Positions 29,374-39,716 are shown, counted from the stretch's first letter. The stretch: DNA of 64,000 nucleotides from an uncultured Gemmatimonadota bacterium (GCA_964593235.1 CAZQGS010000020.1:77717-141716), one strand, 5' to 3'. Made by a program: numbers and translations. Notes: generated from the sequence alone by a model not told the origin.

Positions 29374-30288
29374 ATGGGGATAAATAACCTCAAAGTTAAA
29401 CTGTTAAACAGGGAGTTTTTGCTGAACGTGAGTACTACATCAAAAACACAGTCGGGCATATCCGAAGATCGTTCTCTTGATTTTTATCTGCAAGAAATTG
29501 GTAACGTCCCGTTGTTACTTGCCGAAGAAGAAACAGAATTAGCTCGGTCAGTCCGAGCAGGTGACCAAAAGGCCTTAGAAAAACTTACGGCTTCTAACCT
29601 ACGTTTTGTCGTTAGCGTGGCTAAACAGTACCAAAACCAGGGCCTTTCCCTGTCAGACTTGATTAATGAAGGAAATATAGGACTGATTAAAGCTGCTAAA
29701 AGATTTGATGAGACCAAAGGTTTTAAGTTTATTTCATATGCAGTTTGGTGGATACGGCAGGCTATTCTTCAGGCACTTGCTGAGCAGTCTCGAATAGTTC
29801 GACTCCCTTTGAGCCGAGTTGGAATCCTTCATAAGATTGGGAGATTGTCGAGTGAATTCGAACAAGAACATGGCCGCAAGCCTAATACTCAAGAAATTGC
29901 TGATAAACTAGATATGAGCCCTGGAGATGTTAAGGATACTATGCGTATAGCGAGTCGCCACGTTTCTCTAGATGCCCCACTAAAATCTGGTGAAGACAAT
30001 AGGCTGTTAGATCTTATTGAGGATGAAGTCCAGGAAGCACCAGATGAGGCACTTATGGTAGATTCCTTAAAAGACGAGATATTTAGGGCACTAGATTCTC
30101 TAACAGAACGAGAAGCAACAGTCATAGTTCTTTACTATGGTATAAATAGAGACAAATCACAAACCTTAGAGGAAATAGGAACATATTTCGGTCTTACTAG
30201 AGAACGGGTTCGCCAGATTAAGGAAAAAGCTCTTCGGCGACTTCGTCATGTATCGCGTAGTAAAACGCTCCGAGCTTACCTTAATTAA
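29374..30288 (+). CDS. rpoD: RNA polymerase sigma-70 family factor, RpoD/SigA-like short form
   Basis: Regions 1.2 to 4.2 are present: [63 protein letters not shown]. There is no region 1.1 or acidic spacer. The start is uncertain: 29374 is preferred and 29302 is the maximal ORF. Group 1 versus group 2 cannot be decided here. Confidence 0.85.
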   Translation: MGINNLKVKLLNREFLLNVSTTSKTQSGISEDRSLDFYLQEIGNVPLLLAEEETELARSVRAGDQKALEKLTASNLRFVVSVAKQYQNQGLSLSDLINEGNIGLIKAAKRFDETKGFKFISYAVWWIRQAILQALAEQSRIVRLPLSRVGILHKIGRLSSEFEQEHGRKPNTQEIADKLDMSPGDVKDTMRIASRHVSLDAPLKSGEDNRLLDLIEDEVQEAPDEALMVDSLKDEIFRALDSLTEREATVIVLYYGINRDKSQTLEEIGTYFGLTRERVRQIKEKALRRLRHVSRSKTLRAYLN

Positions 30289-30389
30289 CTTCTTCTATTA
30301 AAACCGGACTGTTTCTTTTATTACATTCCCTGAGTTCTTTTAATGAATAGGGAAACGACGGCTGTTGGGCCGTAAAGTCGGGTATTCCA

Positions 30390-31286
30390 TTGCGAAGATT
30401 TTTCTCACTTGTAAACCTACCTGGTAGTTCTCACAAGGAACCTAAAGAAATTGGAATCTGGGGAGCAATACTGGGTTCTATAGTGGTAATTTTTCTGTCG
30501 CTACTAGGGTGGCACATTATTAATCCAGGTTATATTATTCCGTGGCTAAGTGGGGATATTCTGATAGCCCGTGAGAGAGAAAATACCTTACTGAGTGAAA
30601 AGTTGCAGCGTCTAAATCAACTAGATACTTCCCTCCAAGCTCATATTCAAACTTTGTCTGAAAAGGCTGCAGATATAAATGACATTGTCCATGGCGCTAA
30701 TATTTCTTCAACCCTTAATAGCTCAAATTCTTTAAGTGCCTCGATAGAGTCTATCGACATCTATAACTCTAGCCATTCGGTTATTGTCGAACTTCATAGC
30801 ATTGTTGACCTAATGCTGCAAGAAGCCAGAGAAGAATTATTAAACCTTAAGGCTATAGAGTTAAAATCTAAAGATAATTCATTCTGGACTGATATCCCCA
30901 TCGTCTTACCGGTGGTTGGCCCTATCTCAAGAACTTTCGGTTCCCCTCGCAATTTATTGAGCGAATCCAAGCGTGTCCACGGCGGATTAGATATTGCTGC
31001 CCATAGGAACGAATCTGTTCGGGCAACAGCCAACGGAGTTGTTTCACGTACAGGAGTTAATAGAAGTCTTGGAAAATATATCGAGATAGTCCATAAAAAT
31101 GGATATACTACCCGGTATGGACATCTTGCAAAAGTCTTAATAAAAAGAAGAGATAGAGTCCAAAGAGGAAGGGTGATTGGGGTAGTTGGTAAGACAGGAA
31201 AGACTAATGGATACCATGTTCATTATGAAATTCTATACAAAGGGCGAATTCTAAATCCATCCAATTGGTCTTTCCCGGATAAATGA
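30390..31286 (+). CDS. M23 family metallopeptidase (LytM domain) with N-terminal TM helix and coiled coil
   Basis: 298 aa, TTG start. HGGLDIAA (HxxxD) and GYHVHYEI (HxH) motifs. Confidence 0.85.
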   Translation: MRRFFSLVNLPGSSHKEPKEIGIWGAILGSIVVIFLSLLGWHIINPGYIIPWLSGDILIARERENTLLSEKLQRLNQLDTSLQAHIQTLSEKAADINDIVHGANISSTLNSSNSLSASIESIDIYNSSHSVIVELHSIVDLMLQEAREELLNLKAIELKSKDNSFWTDIPIVLPVVGPISRTFGSPRNLLSESKRVHGGLDIAAHRNESVRATANGVVSRTGVNRSLGKYIEIVHKNGYTTRYGHLAKVLIKRRDRVQRGRVIGVVGKTGKTNGYHVHYEILYKGRILNPSNWSFPDK

Positions 31287-31434
31287 TAGAAAAATTCTTG
31301 GTTTCTACAGTCAATAAAAAAGAAATTGACCTTAGGAACGAAATTTTATTAATATTATCTTGTAGGGAATGCTTTATAAAAATGGAATATTACTTTTTAT
31401 TTATTGGGAATCCCAAGTTTTGAGAAAATATGTG

Positions 31435-32301
31435 ATGCCACCTTGGCTCATCGTTATTTATTGTATGGGGCGGACAATACGTGTCCCTAATTTTGTTATT
31501 CCAGCAATCTTAGGCCTCGTATTTATAGTAACAGCCTTTTCCTACGTAGAAGGTAGATTAATGTTGGCGGAGTATAGACAAAATATCTTTCAAGAACAAA
31601 TTAAAATTCTTGAAAGATCGAGTATAGCAAATAGGGATCGACTAAATAGGCTTATTTCGTCGGAGGAATCTGCTCGCCTTATATCTGGCTTGCCTTTAAT
31701 CCATCCTGATATACGACAACTTGGGGTAGGGGGGCGAGTCAATATTCCTCTAAATTTGGACTATAATATCAATTCAACTGATGAACGTGTTTCTGTGTTA
31801 TACTCAGAAATGGAAGCTTCTAGGCGGATGTCGAGTCTTTCTTTAAGAAGCATGGAAGATATAAAGAAGCAAATAGAGGAAATTGACCTTCGTTGGCAAT
31901 ATATACCATCAGTTACGCCAGTTACAGGAATTGTTACCAGTTCGTATGGACGTCGTAGCGATCCTTTTACGGGCCTTTATGCAATGCACCGAGGCATAGA
32001 TATTGCGGCAGCTTCTGGGACACCCGTTAGAGCTCCAGCAAATGGTATAGTTGTTAAAACTGGAATGGATACTCGATATGGTCTACATATTGACTTAGAT
32101 CATCAGAATGGATTCAAAACGCGCTATGGCCACCTTTCTACAGTTTTAGTAAAACAGGGGATGGAGGTGGTTCGTGGTGATTTGATTGGGCATGTGGGTA
32201 TGACCGGAAGAGCAAGTGGCCACCACTTACATTACGAAGTTCATAAAAACCGACGGCGGGTAGACCCCATGAAGTATATCCGGTCAGAGAACGGCTGTTA
32301 A
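31435..32301 (+). CDS. M23 family metallopeptidase (second tandem copy)
   Basis: HRGIDIAA and GHHLHYEV motifs. TM helix plus coiled coil, as in the upstream paralog. The start is uncertain: ATG 31435 is preferred and the maximal ORF starts at 31369. Confidence 0.8.
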   Translation: MPPWLIVIYCMGRTIRVPNFVIPAILGLVFIVTAFSYVEGRLMLAEYRQNIFQEQIKILERSSIANRDRLNRLISSEESARLISGLPLIHPDIRQLGVGGRVNIPLNLDYNINSTDERVSVLYSEMEASRRMSSLSLRSMEDIKKQIEEIDLRWQYIPSVTPVTGIVTSSYGRRSDPFTGLYAMHRGIDIAAASGTPVRAPANGIVVKTGMDTRYGLHIDLDHQNGFKTRYGHLSTVLVKQGMEVVRGDLIGHVGMTGRASGHHLHYEVHKNRRRVDPMKYIRSENGC

Positions 32302-32330
32302 CTAATAGCTAGCGGTAGAAAATGAATTTA

Positions 32331-32367
32331 GGCAGGGAGGTGTTGATTCCTCCTCCCTGCCTTTTTA
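32331..32367 (+). terminator. rho-independent terminator after the M23 peptidase pair
   Basis: Perfect 10-bp GC-rich stem, GGCAGGGAGG (32331-32340) with CCTCCCTGCC (32352-32361), an 11-nt loop, then TTTTT. Confidence 0.8.
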
Positions 32368-32680
32368 TCTTGTCAAACATTTACAAAAACCGGTTATTTT
32401 TCCTTAAGAGTTCCTATCCCCATCCTTTAAGAAGTATCATCGATACTAGAAATAGTATGAGCGTTACTTTTCTTAATTTTGAACAATAAATTCCTACTTC
32501 AGCAAGTTTATATAATCAAAGTTATCCAGAGTTTCAGAGATGGAATGGTGATCTTGCTTCAAGTTTGCAGGAATCAAGATTGCCACAGAGCTGGTTCAAT
32601 AATAATCCAGACCCAAATTGAAATTAACAAAAGTTGAAACAATAGAGGTTTAAAGCAGGCGTTTTATAGTATGATTTTGA

Positions 32681-32709
32681 TTGACGATAACCTCATTTAT
32701 TTATAGATT
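32681..32709 (+). promoter_or_regulatory. putative promoter TTGACG-N17-TAGATT upstream of miaB
   Basis: TTGACG at 32681-32686 and TAGATT at 32704-32709, about 47 nt before the TTG start of miaB. Confidence 0.3.
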
Positions 32710-32756
32710 AGGCAGAGAAATGACCTTATAAATATAGATAATTGAGGTAGTTTAGT

Positions 32757-34112
32757 TTGCTAGGAGATCCTCTAACGGTGTTGGTAGCGATACAAAAACG
32801 TTCTTTATATGTAGAGACCTATGGTTGTCAAATGAACAAGGCAGATTCCGAATTGATTGTCGGTTTGCTTTTGGGCGAAGGGTATCTCGTAACAGAAAAA
32901 ATTGACCAAGCTGATGTGATTCTCGTGAATACCTGTGCTATTCGTGAGAACGCCGAACAGCGAGTTTTGGGTCGTATGTCAGAATTAAACAAATTTAAAG
33001 TACTTAACCCTAGCTTGATCCTGGGGTTATGTGGATGTATGTCTCAACACTTAGGCGATCAAATAATAGAAAAAGCTCCTTATATAGACTTAGTTGCTGG
33101 ACCTGACAGCTATCGTCAACTGCCCGCTATGCTTCGTTCCCTTGACACCAATAATGAACCAGCCCTAAACCTAAACTGGGAACAAAAGGAACATTACCTC
33201 GGCATCGATCCAATAAGAGACCCTGGAGTCAATGGTTGGGTAACAATAATGCGTGGTTGTGATAAGATGTGCTCTTTTTGCATAGTCCCTTTTGTACGGG
33301 GTCGTGAACGTAGTACCCCTCATGGAGAAGTATTGAGGCAAATTCAACACCTCGCTGCTGAAGGATATCGAGAGGTAACGTTGCTTGGGCAGACAGTAAA
33401 TAAGTATAATGATGGGCAAGTCGATTTTGCGGATTTGCTCTCTAAAATAGCCGAATTGGAAGGAATTGAACGGATCCGTTTTACTTCGCCTCACCCAGCC
33501 CATTTCCCCGATCGGCTTATCAAAATTATGGCTGAAACTCCGAAAATTTGTCCTCATACCCATCTTCCTCTACAATCAGGGGCCTCAACAACGCTAGCTC
33601 GAATGCGGCGTGATTATACGCCGGAATTATTTCTAGATGTTGTCTATCGGCTGAGAGAGAAGATTCCACATGTCGTACTTACTTCCGATATTATTGTCGG
33701 CTTTTGTGGGGAGACAGAAGAAGAATTTCAATCAACTTGTGAGATGATGCAGACAGTAAGTTTTGATAGTGCATTCATGTTCAAGTATTCGCCGAGGCCA
33801 GGGACAGCTTCTCAAAAAAAATTCTCCGATGACGTCCCTGAAGAAGTTAAGTCCAGGAGATTAACAACAATCATTGAGTTGCAGAAAGAAATATCCAAAA
33901 ATAATAATCAAAAATATAAAGGGAAAACTGTCGATGTTCTTGTTGAAGGTCAATCTAAGCGTGATCCTAATAAGCTTTTCGGCAAGACTGATACCTTTAA
34001 GACGGTAATATTCCCCAAGGGGAAAGGTATTCAATCTAATATGATTGTACCAGTGACTGTTCATAATACTTCAGCTTTTACTTTATTTGGTAATATAGCG
34101 TCACCTGATTAG
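32757..34112 (+). CDS. miaB: tRNA-2-methylthio-N6-dimethylallyladenosine synthase MiaB
   Basis: 451 aa. MTTase N-terminal cysteines (YGCQMN, NTCAIRE), radical-SAM CDKMCSFCIVP, and a C-terminal TRAM domain. TTG start. Confidence 0.93.
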   Translation: MLGDPLTVLVAIQKRSLYVETYGCQMNKADSELIVGLLLGEGYLVTEKIDQADVILVNTCAIRENAEQRVLGRMSELNKFKVLNPSLILGLCGCMSQHLGDQIIEKAPYIDLVAGPDSYRQLPAMLRSLDTNNEPALNLNWEQKEHYLGIDPIRDPGVNGWVTIMRGCDKMCSFCIVPFVRGRERSTPHGEVLRQIQHLAAEGYREVTLLGQTVNKYNDGQVDFADLLSKIAELEGIERIRFTSPHPAHFPDRLIKIMAETPKICPHTHLPLQSGASTTLARMRRDYTPELFLDVVYRLREKIPHVVLTSDIIVGFCGETEEEFQSTCEMMQTVSFDSAFMFKYSPRPGTASQKKFSDDVPEEVKSRRLTTIIELQKEISKNNNQKYKGKTVDVLVEGQSKRDPNKLFGKTDTFKTVIFPKGKGIQSNMIVPVTVHNTSAFTLFGNIASPD

Positions 34113-34188
34113 AATCTTATGGTAAAACATTGATCATCTTTAGTTTCTAATAATTTAGCTGTTCATTCAACTCCCAAAGGAGACAACT

Positions 34189-34797
34189 ATGTCATTTACA
34201 CTACCTGATTTACCTTATGCTCATGATGCCCTCGAACCTCATATCGATGCGCGCACGATGGAAATACATCATGGTAAACATCATAATACTTATGTAACAA
34301 ACCTGAATAACGCTTTAGTAAACGATCAAAATCTGGCAGGTAAAAGCTTAGAGGAATTGCTCGCAAACGATTTAGCAATCGTCCCCAATGATATCAAAAC
34401 TGCGGTCCGGAATAATGGGGGAGGCCATGCTAATCACTCCCAGTTTTGGACTATAATGAGTAGTAACGGTGGAGGGAATCCTATTGGTAATTTGGCTGAT
34501 TCTATCAATAGTACCTTTGGTGGTTTTGATGTTATGAAAGAGCAATTTGGAACTGCTGGAACAACTCGTTTTGGTTCGGGTTGGGCCTGGCTAGCAAAAG
34601 ACAGTGCGGGTAACTTAGAGGTTTATTCCACTGCCAATCAGGATAGCCCTCTTATGGAAGGGAAGCTTCCAATTCTGGGTTTAGATGTCTGGGAACATGC
34701 TTATTACCTTAAGTACCAAAATCTCCGGCCGGACTATATTGGAGCATGGTGGAGTGTAGTAGATTGGGTAGAAGCAGAAAAACGTTTTAATAGTTAA
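34189..34797 (+). CDS. sodA: superoxide dismutase, Mn type
   Basis: 202 aa. [17 protein letters not shown] and [18 protein letters not shown] are Mn-type signatures. Confidence 0.92.
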   Translation: MSFTLPDLPYAHDALEPHIDARTMEIHHGKHHNTYVTNLNNALVNDQNLAGKSLEELLANDLAIVPNDIKTAVRNNGGGHANHSQFWTIMSSNGGGNPIGNLADSINSTFGGFDVMKEQFGTAGTTRFGSGWAWLAKDSAGNLEVYSTANQDSPLMEGKLPILGLDVWEHAYYLKYQNLRPDYIGAWWSVVDWVEAEKRFNS

Positions 34798-34838
34798 ACT
34801 CACCCTAAAAAATGCAACGCTAAAATTCTGGAGAAAAG

Positions 34839-35966
34839 ATGGGGTTAGTTGGAAAATCAGCAATTTTGGATAAAGAGAAGGGTACTTTTACGATAGATGA
34901 GGCAGTAGTTCCAGATCCAGGCCCAGGTGAGGTACTTGTCCGTCAAGCCTTGTGTGGTGTATGTGGGACAGATGTACATATATATAATGGTCACATGCGT
35001 CGGAAAGCATTTCCTCTTGTTTTGGGCCATGAGATCGTAGGTACTATTGAAAAAATGGGACCTGGGGTTGATTCAGATTGTATGGATAAGCCAGTCCAAG
35101 AAGGTGACCACATTGCTGTCATTCCAGGACAGCAATGTGGAACCTGTTATTTTTGTACAGTAGTACGGGAACCTGGACTATGTCCCAACGTATTAGCATA
35201 CGGTTTTCGTCCCTATGGTGATACAAAACCTCATTTTCAGGGTGGATATGCGGAATATGTCCTCCTTAATATTCCTCGGACTAAATTTCTAAAGGTACAA
35301 AGCACTCCGGAAGTTGCTGTTCTTCTTGAACCTTTCACTGTAGGGCTTCATTTTGCCGAAAAAGCTCAAATGAAATTAGGCTCTACCGCAGTCATTCAAG
35401 GAGCGGGAGCTATTGGATTATTCAGCTTAGCTGCTGCTCGGGAGGCTGGAGCGCACCGTACTATAGTTGTGGGAGCTCCAGAATCTAGGCTACAGCTAGC
35501 TAGAGATTTTGGTGCTGATGTAACGATTAATATCGAAGATATAACTGATGAGAATGAACGTATAGAACAAGTTAGGACCGAAACTCCTGGAGGTTTTGGA
35601 GCCGATGTCGTATTTGAATGTACAGGTGTTCCTTCTTCTATACCTGAAGGAGTTGAAATGTTACGTCGGGGAGGTACCTATGTTGAAGGAGGTCATTTTA
35701 CTGATGCAGGGAATGTAGGAATGAACCCCTTTAATCATTTTGTATTTAGACACATAACTCTTGTTGGTGTCTGGGCTAGTAACATTTCACACTTTGTTCG
35801 TGGTCTACCGATACTCGAATCTGGTCGATATCCTTTCGAAAAGATGGTTTCACACACCCTTCCTTTGAGCAGAGTTGGCGATGCCATAGATGCATTGTCG
35901 ACTAACTATAGGCTTGATGGGGAAGAGGTTAGAAAGATTGCAATTTCGGGTAAATTAACTGAGTAA
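34839..35966 (+). CDS. zinc-dependent alcohol/polyol dehydrogenase (MDR family)
   Basis: 375 aa. CGVCGTDVH, GHEIVGTIE, the structural-zinc motif CGTCYFC, and GAGAIG Rossmann motif. Confidence 0.8.
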   Translation: MGLVGKSAILDKEKGTFTIDEAVVPDPGPGEVLVRQALCGVCGTDVHIYNGHMRRKAFPLVLGHEIVGTIEKMGPGVDSDCMDKPVQEGDHIAVIPGQQCGTCYFCTVVREPGLCPNVLAYGFRPYGDTKPHFQGGYAEYVLLNIPRTKFLKVQSTPEVAVLLEPFTVGLHFAEKAQMKLGSTAVIQGAGAIGLFSLAAAREAGAHRTIVVGAPESRLQLARDFGADVTINIEDITDENERIEQVRTETPGGFGADVVFECTGVPSSIPEGVEMLRRGGTYVEGGHFTDAGNVGMNPFNHFVFRHITLVGVWASNISHFVRGLPILESGRYPFEKMVSHTLPLSRVGDAIDALSTNYRLDGEEVRKIAISGKLTE

Positions 35967-36072
35967 AATCTTCTCTTAGCTTCTCCAATTGCTCATCATC
36001 TATATTACACTGTTTCCAACAGTGATAGGTTTGGTGTCTAATTTTTGTAATAAAAAGTAGGGAGGGGGGCTT

Positions 36073-36831
36073 GTGAAATTTAAACTGGGATATAGTGGAC
36101 TTAGATGGACTACGCCTGATCTAGATTACATACTTAGTCAGCTAAAAGAAACTGGGTGGGATGGCTGGGAAATCCGACAGTCTCTAGATTGGTTGGGTTC
36201 AGCTAGCCGGGTAAAGAAGATATCTGATAGGGCAGGGATACCCGTAGCTGTTGTTACTGGAGGTTCTATATCGCTTGACAATAACTATGAAATGATGGAG
36301 CGTAACAAACGCCGTATAGATTTTGCAGCTGATGTTGAAGCGGACACCTTTATGTTTATGGGAGCTACTAGGCCGTACGGTGAAGCTTCCACTACAGATG
36401 ATATTCAAGCACTAGCTGAACTTTCCGATACATTTGCTGACTATGCTTCCCAGTACGACCTGGATGTTTGTTATCATATCCATACTAGTACTACTGTTGA
36501 TTCTAGGTCAGAATGGGAGCTTCTAATGCGGTTGATGACAAAATCTCAACTTTGTATTGATGTTTCTCATTCAGCCTTCTGGCACTACGATCCAGAACAA
36601 TCAATTAGAGATTTTAAAGATCGCCTAGTTTACATTCATTTACAGGATTATAAAGATTATCGTTTTGTCGAACTTGGGGAAGGTGGCTTAGTCAACTTTG
36701 GTTTGGTAATGAAGGCGTTAGAAGAAATACAATACGATCGGTGGGTGACCGTATGTCCAAGTCAGTCTGACCTTGCTGATGAGGAAAAGATGCGTCGCGA
36801 CAGGGCATATCTCCAACAACTTGGGTATTAG
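36073..36831 (+). CDS. sugar phosphate isomerase/epimerase (xylose isomerase-like TIM barrel)
   Basis: 252 aa, GTG start. GWDGWEIR, CYHIHT and YIHLQD fit the AP_endonuc_2 barrel pattern. Confidence 0.7.
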   Translation: MKFKLGYSGLRWTTPDLDYILSQLKETGWDGWEIRQSLDWLGSASRVKKISDRAGIPVAVVTGGSISLDNNYEMMERNKRRIDFAADVEADTFMFMGATRPYGEASTTDDIQALAELSDTFADYASQYDLDVCYHIHTSTTVDSRSEWELLMRLMTKSQLCIDVSHSAFWHYDPEQSIRDFKDRLVYIHLQDYKDYRFVELGEGGLVNFGLVMKALEEIQYDRWVTVCPSQSDLADEEKMRRDRAYLQQLGY

Positions 36832-36838
36832 TTTTAAA

Positions 36839-38185
36839 CTATTTTCTTCGAGCGTTCTCCAAAATAGCAAGTACTATGTCTGTTACTTTCTCGGGGTTAT
36901 TGCCAATAACCCGAATCATGGGTTCTTTTCCTTCACCCCCCTGATCATAGATAATATCTGGAACAAATTTCTGCTCTTGAATGACCTTCGCAGTTCCCCA
37001 TTCGAGAGATGAACCTTCTCGATTTTGCGATTCAAAGGGTTCATCATGCCGATCAAAAGACGCAATAGAAAGTCCGAGTTTCCGGCATGAATTTAGAAAA
37101 GCCTCGTCGTATCGAATATTCATAACGGCCCTTTTTTGAGGATCCTTTTGGGTAGTAGTCAGGATGATACGGGCTACATGGGAGGATGCTCCAAATTCTG
37201 GTTGGGAGACCGAACGTAAATCTTTATGGACACGCACTAGCCGACCTGGAAAGGCAGCCACATCCGAAATAGACCGTGGGTTTTCTAGACTCATACCCAG
37301 ATTGCTTTGCACTTCAGGAACAAGGTCTCCTGTTTGGGAACTTTCCAATCGCTTGATAGCCGAAGTTAATTGTTCAAGCACAGAAATTCGATCGCTATTT
37401 CTATAGAGATGGTGAAAATGATGAACTGGCCCATGGCCTTTTCCCAACGGTATGGAATGGACCAACGAGTTGGTAAGATAAGATTTAGCTCGGTCTACAG
37501 CATCGATTATACTAGATCCTTTGGCTACTTCTGCGGTGATGGCCGCGGCAAAAGTACAGCCAGTACCATGGGTATTACGGGTATCTACTCGTTCGGCTAC
37601 AAAAGAATGAAAATTTTTGCCGTCATAAAGCACATCTAGGGCTGGTCCATCAAGATGACCACCCTTTATTACTACATAGCGTGGCCCCATCTCAAAGAGT
37701 TTGCAAGCTATTGCTTCCATTTCGTCTTGGTTTGAAGCTTTAAGCCCAGTGATAGCTGTGGCTTCGTCTAGATTTGGAGTGATAATTGTAGCAAGAGGTA
37801 ATATCTGTTCTATCAGACTTGAGATAGCGTTCGATTCTAGTAACAAATCGCCACTTTTAGCAATCATAACTGGGTCTACGATGAGTGGAATTTGCGGATA
37901 ATGTTGAATAGTTTCAGCAACCGCAGTGATTATCTCCTTATTCGCAAGCATCCCAATCTTAATTGCATCAGCACCTATGTCTGAAAGTGCTGATTGAATT
38001 TGAAGTTTAACCAGATCGGGAGGCTGATTATGAACAGCCTGTACCCCTATGGTGTTTTGAGCTGTAACAGCTGTTATCGCAGACATCCCATAAACACCTT
38101 TGCTTGCAAAGGTCTTTAGGTCGGCCTGTATACCAGCTCCTCCGCCGGAGTCTGATCCTGCTATTGTCAGTGCTATAGGTATCAT
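36839..38185 (-). CDS. thiDN: ThiD-ThiN fusion: hydroxymethylpyrimidine/phosphomethylpyrimidine kinase plus ThiN-type thiamine-phosphate synthase domain
   Basis: 448 aa. The N-terminal 260 aa are ThiD ([31 protein letters not shown]). The C-terminal ~180 aa are ThiN-like ([33 protein letters not shown]). Confidence 0.85.
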   Translation of the reverse strand: MIPIALTIAGSDSGGGAGIQADLKTFASKGVYGMSAITAVTAQNTIGVQAVHNQPPDLVKLQIQSALSDIGADAIKIGMLANKEIITAVAETIQHYPQIPLIVDPVMIAKSGDLLLESNAISSLIEQILPLATIITPNLDEATAITGLKASNQDEMEAIACKLFEMGPRYVVIKGGHLDGPALDVLYDGKNFHSFVAERVDTRNTHGTGCTFAAAITAEVAKGSSIIDAVDRAKSYLTNSLVHSIPLGKGHGPVHHFHHLYRNSDRISVLEQLTSAIKRLESSQTGDLVPEVQSNLGMSLENPRSISDVAAFPGRLVRVHKDLRSVSQPEFGASSHVARIILTTTQKDPQKRAVMNIRYDEAFLNSCRKLGLSIASFDRHDEPFESQNREGSSLEWGTAKVIQEQKFVPDIIYDQGGEGKEPMIRVIGNNPEKVTDIVLAILENARRK

Positions 38186-38210
38186 ATTTCAAAATTTGGT
38201 AAAGTAAACA

Positions 38211-39716
38211 TTAATTGGCTTGGGTTTCTTTTTCATAGAATTTTTTTATTAGCTTATCAAGGTATTCTTCTGGATTTTCAATTGCTGTTTGGGTGATTTT
38301 GAGTTCTTTTGCCTGAATCAATTTGAGACCATGGGCATAATCTTTAAATAGTTCCATACCCATTTCTTCTGTGGTCTTTTTGTGTTTTTGGGCTAGTTCT
38401 GCTAAAGTCTCAGCTGCCTTATGATCTAGGGTCAGAGTTATGCCATGCTCCTCAAAAAATAGCTGTTCAAAACTTTGTACCGGAGCTTCAGCAAGTATCC
38501 GTTCTAGTTCTTGTTCAGGTTGATTAACTAAGTTTGCAGTCACTTCAAAACGCTTGACAGTACTAGATGGTAGACGCTTTTCGAATTTAATAAGGATCCT
38601 TTCCATAGCATTAATCAGACCCCTTGCACCTGTTCCAGCTTTGTGGGCTCTTTCGGCTATCAAGCGCAGTGATTCTTTATCAAACTCTACGTCAATCCCG
38701 TATGCCTTAAAATCAAGTTTCTTTGCAATTATTACAGGACTATTTGGGTTAAGAAGAATTTGATAGAGATCATCAATCCGTAGCTTTTGGAGAACAGCAG
38801 TTACGGGAAGACGTCCAATAAATTCTGACTCAAAACCATATTCGATAAGATCTTCTGCTGTAACGTTAGTTAGCCATTCCCTCTCCTCTGACATAGCCAT
38901 TTTCTGAGTTTTTTCGAATCCCATTTCCTGAATACTCATACGTTTTCTGATAATATCTTCTAATTTGGCGAAAGCGCCACTAACAATAAATAGGATGTTA
39001 CGTGTATTAATCCGTTTTTTCTCAACTTTTCCTGTTTTTTGGAACTGAAGAGCATTCTCCATTTGAGAAGCAAGATCGTGAGGAGCCTGGAGATCAACCT
39101 CAGTTTCTTCCATAAGCTTTAGGAGAGTGCGTTGTACCCCGGTGCGAGATACATCAGGGCCTACACTATTTCCAGAAGCTGCAATTTTGTCAATCTCGTC
39201 AATATAGATGATGCCATATTCTGCTAATTTAATATTGCCGTTTGCTTCATGAACGAGAGAACGAACTAGTTCATCTACGTCACCTCCAACATAGCCAGTT
39301 TCACTGAACCTAGTAGCGTCTCCTTTAACAAAGGGAACGCCGATCCGACTTGCAATGAGTTTTATGAGGTAGGTTTTACCAACCCCGGTTGGGCCAATAA
39401 GAATAATGTTGTTCTTAATATTGCCGATAGGGTTGTTTTCTGCTTGCAGCCGGATCCGATTGAAGTGAGTACAGATTTTGGTCGCTAATATTTCTTTAGC
39501 ATCGTTCTGGCGGATTACGTACGAGTCTAGGAAAGCCTCCAATTCTTCGGGTTTCATATCGAAACGTAATTCTGCTAGGGGAGCTTCTTCTACTGGAGGA
39601 TCGGTAGGGCTTCCTTCATTCTCTTGCTGAGCGAACTGAACTTGAGCACCATACTTGTGTGAGAAAAAGTCTTTGAGGTCATTTTGTAAATCACCCAAAT
39701 CGGGAGACTTAGCCAT
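38211..39716 (-). CDS. ClpX/HslU-family AAA+ unfoldase paralog without zinc-binding domain
   Basis: 501 aa. Walker A GPTGVGKT, pore loop GYVG, Walker B IIYIDEIDK, GPDVSRTGVQRTLLKLMEE, ILFIVSGAF, EFIGRLPV and sensor TGARGL. There is no Cys4 N-domain and no HslU I-domain. A C-terminal extension of about 100 aa is present. Confidence 0.75.
   Translation of the reverse strand: MAKSPDLGDLQNDLKDFFSHKYGAQVQFAQQENEGSPTDPPVEEAPLAELRFDMKPEELEAFLDSYVIRQNDAKEILATKICTHFNRIRLQAENNPIGNIKNNIILIGPTGVGKTYLIKLIASRIGVPFVKGDATRFSETGYVGGDVDELVRSLVHEANGNIKLAEYGIIYIDEIDKIAASGNSVGPDVSRTGVQRTLLKLMEETEVDLQAPHDLASQMENALQFQKTGKVEKKRINTRNILFIVSGAFAKLEDIIRKRMSIQEMGFEKTQKMAMSEEREWLTNVTAEDLIEYGFESEFIGRLPVTAVLQKLRIDDLYQILLNPNSPVIIAKKLDFKAYGIDVEFDKESLRLIAERAHKAGTGARGLINAMERILIKFEKRLPSSTVKRFEVTANLVNQPEQELERILAEAPVQSFEQLFFEEHGITLTLDHKAAETLAELAQKHKKTTEEMGMELFKDYAHGLKLIQAKELKITQTAIENPEEYLDKLIKKFYEKETQAN

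Noticed and set aside
32368-32756. The 390-bp spacer before miaB, and similar spacers at 22333-22627, 50087-50464 and 54879-55174, were examined as possible ncRNA, tRNA or repeat loci.
   Set aside because: I found no tRNA-like T-arm/acceptor pattern, no tandem or CRISPR-like repeats, and no recognisable riboswitch cores. Only promoter-like hexamers and short weak hairpins are present.
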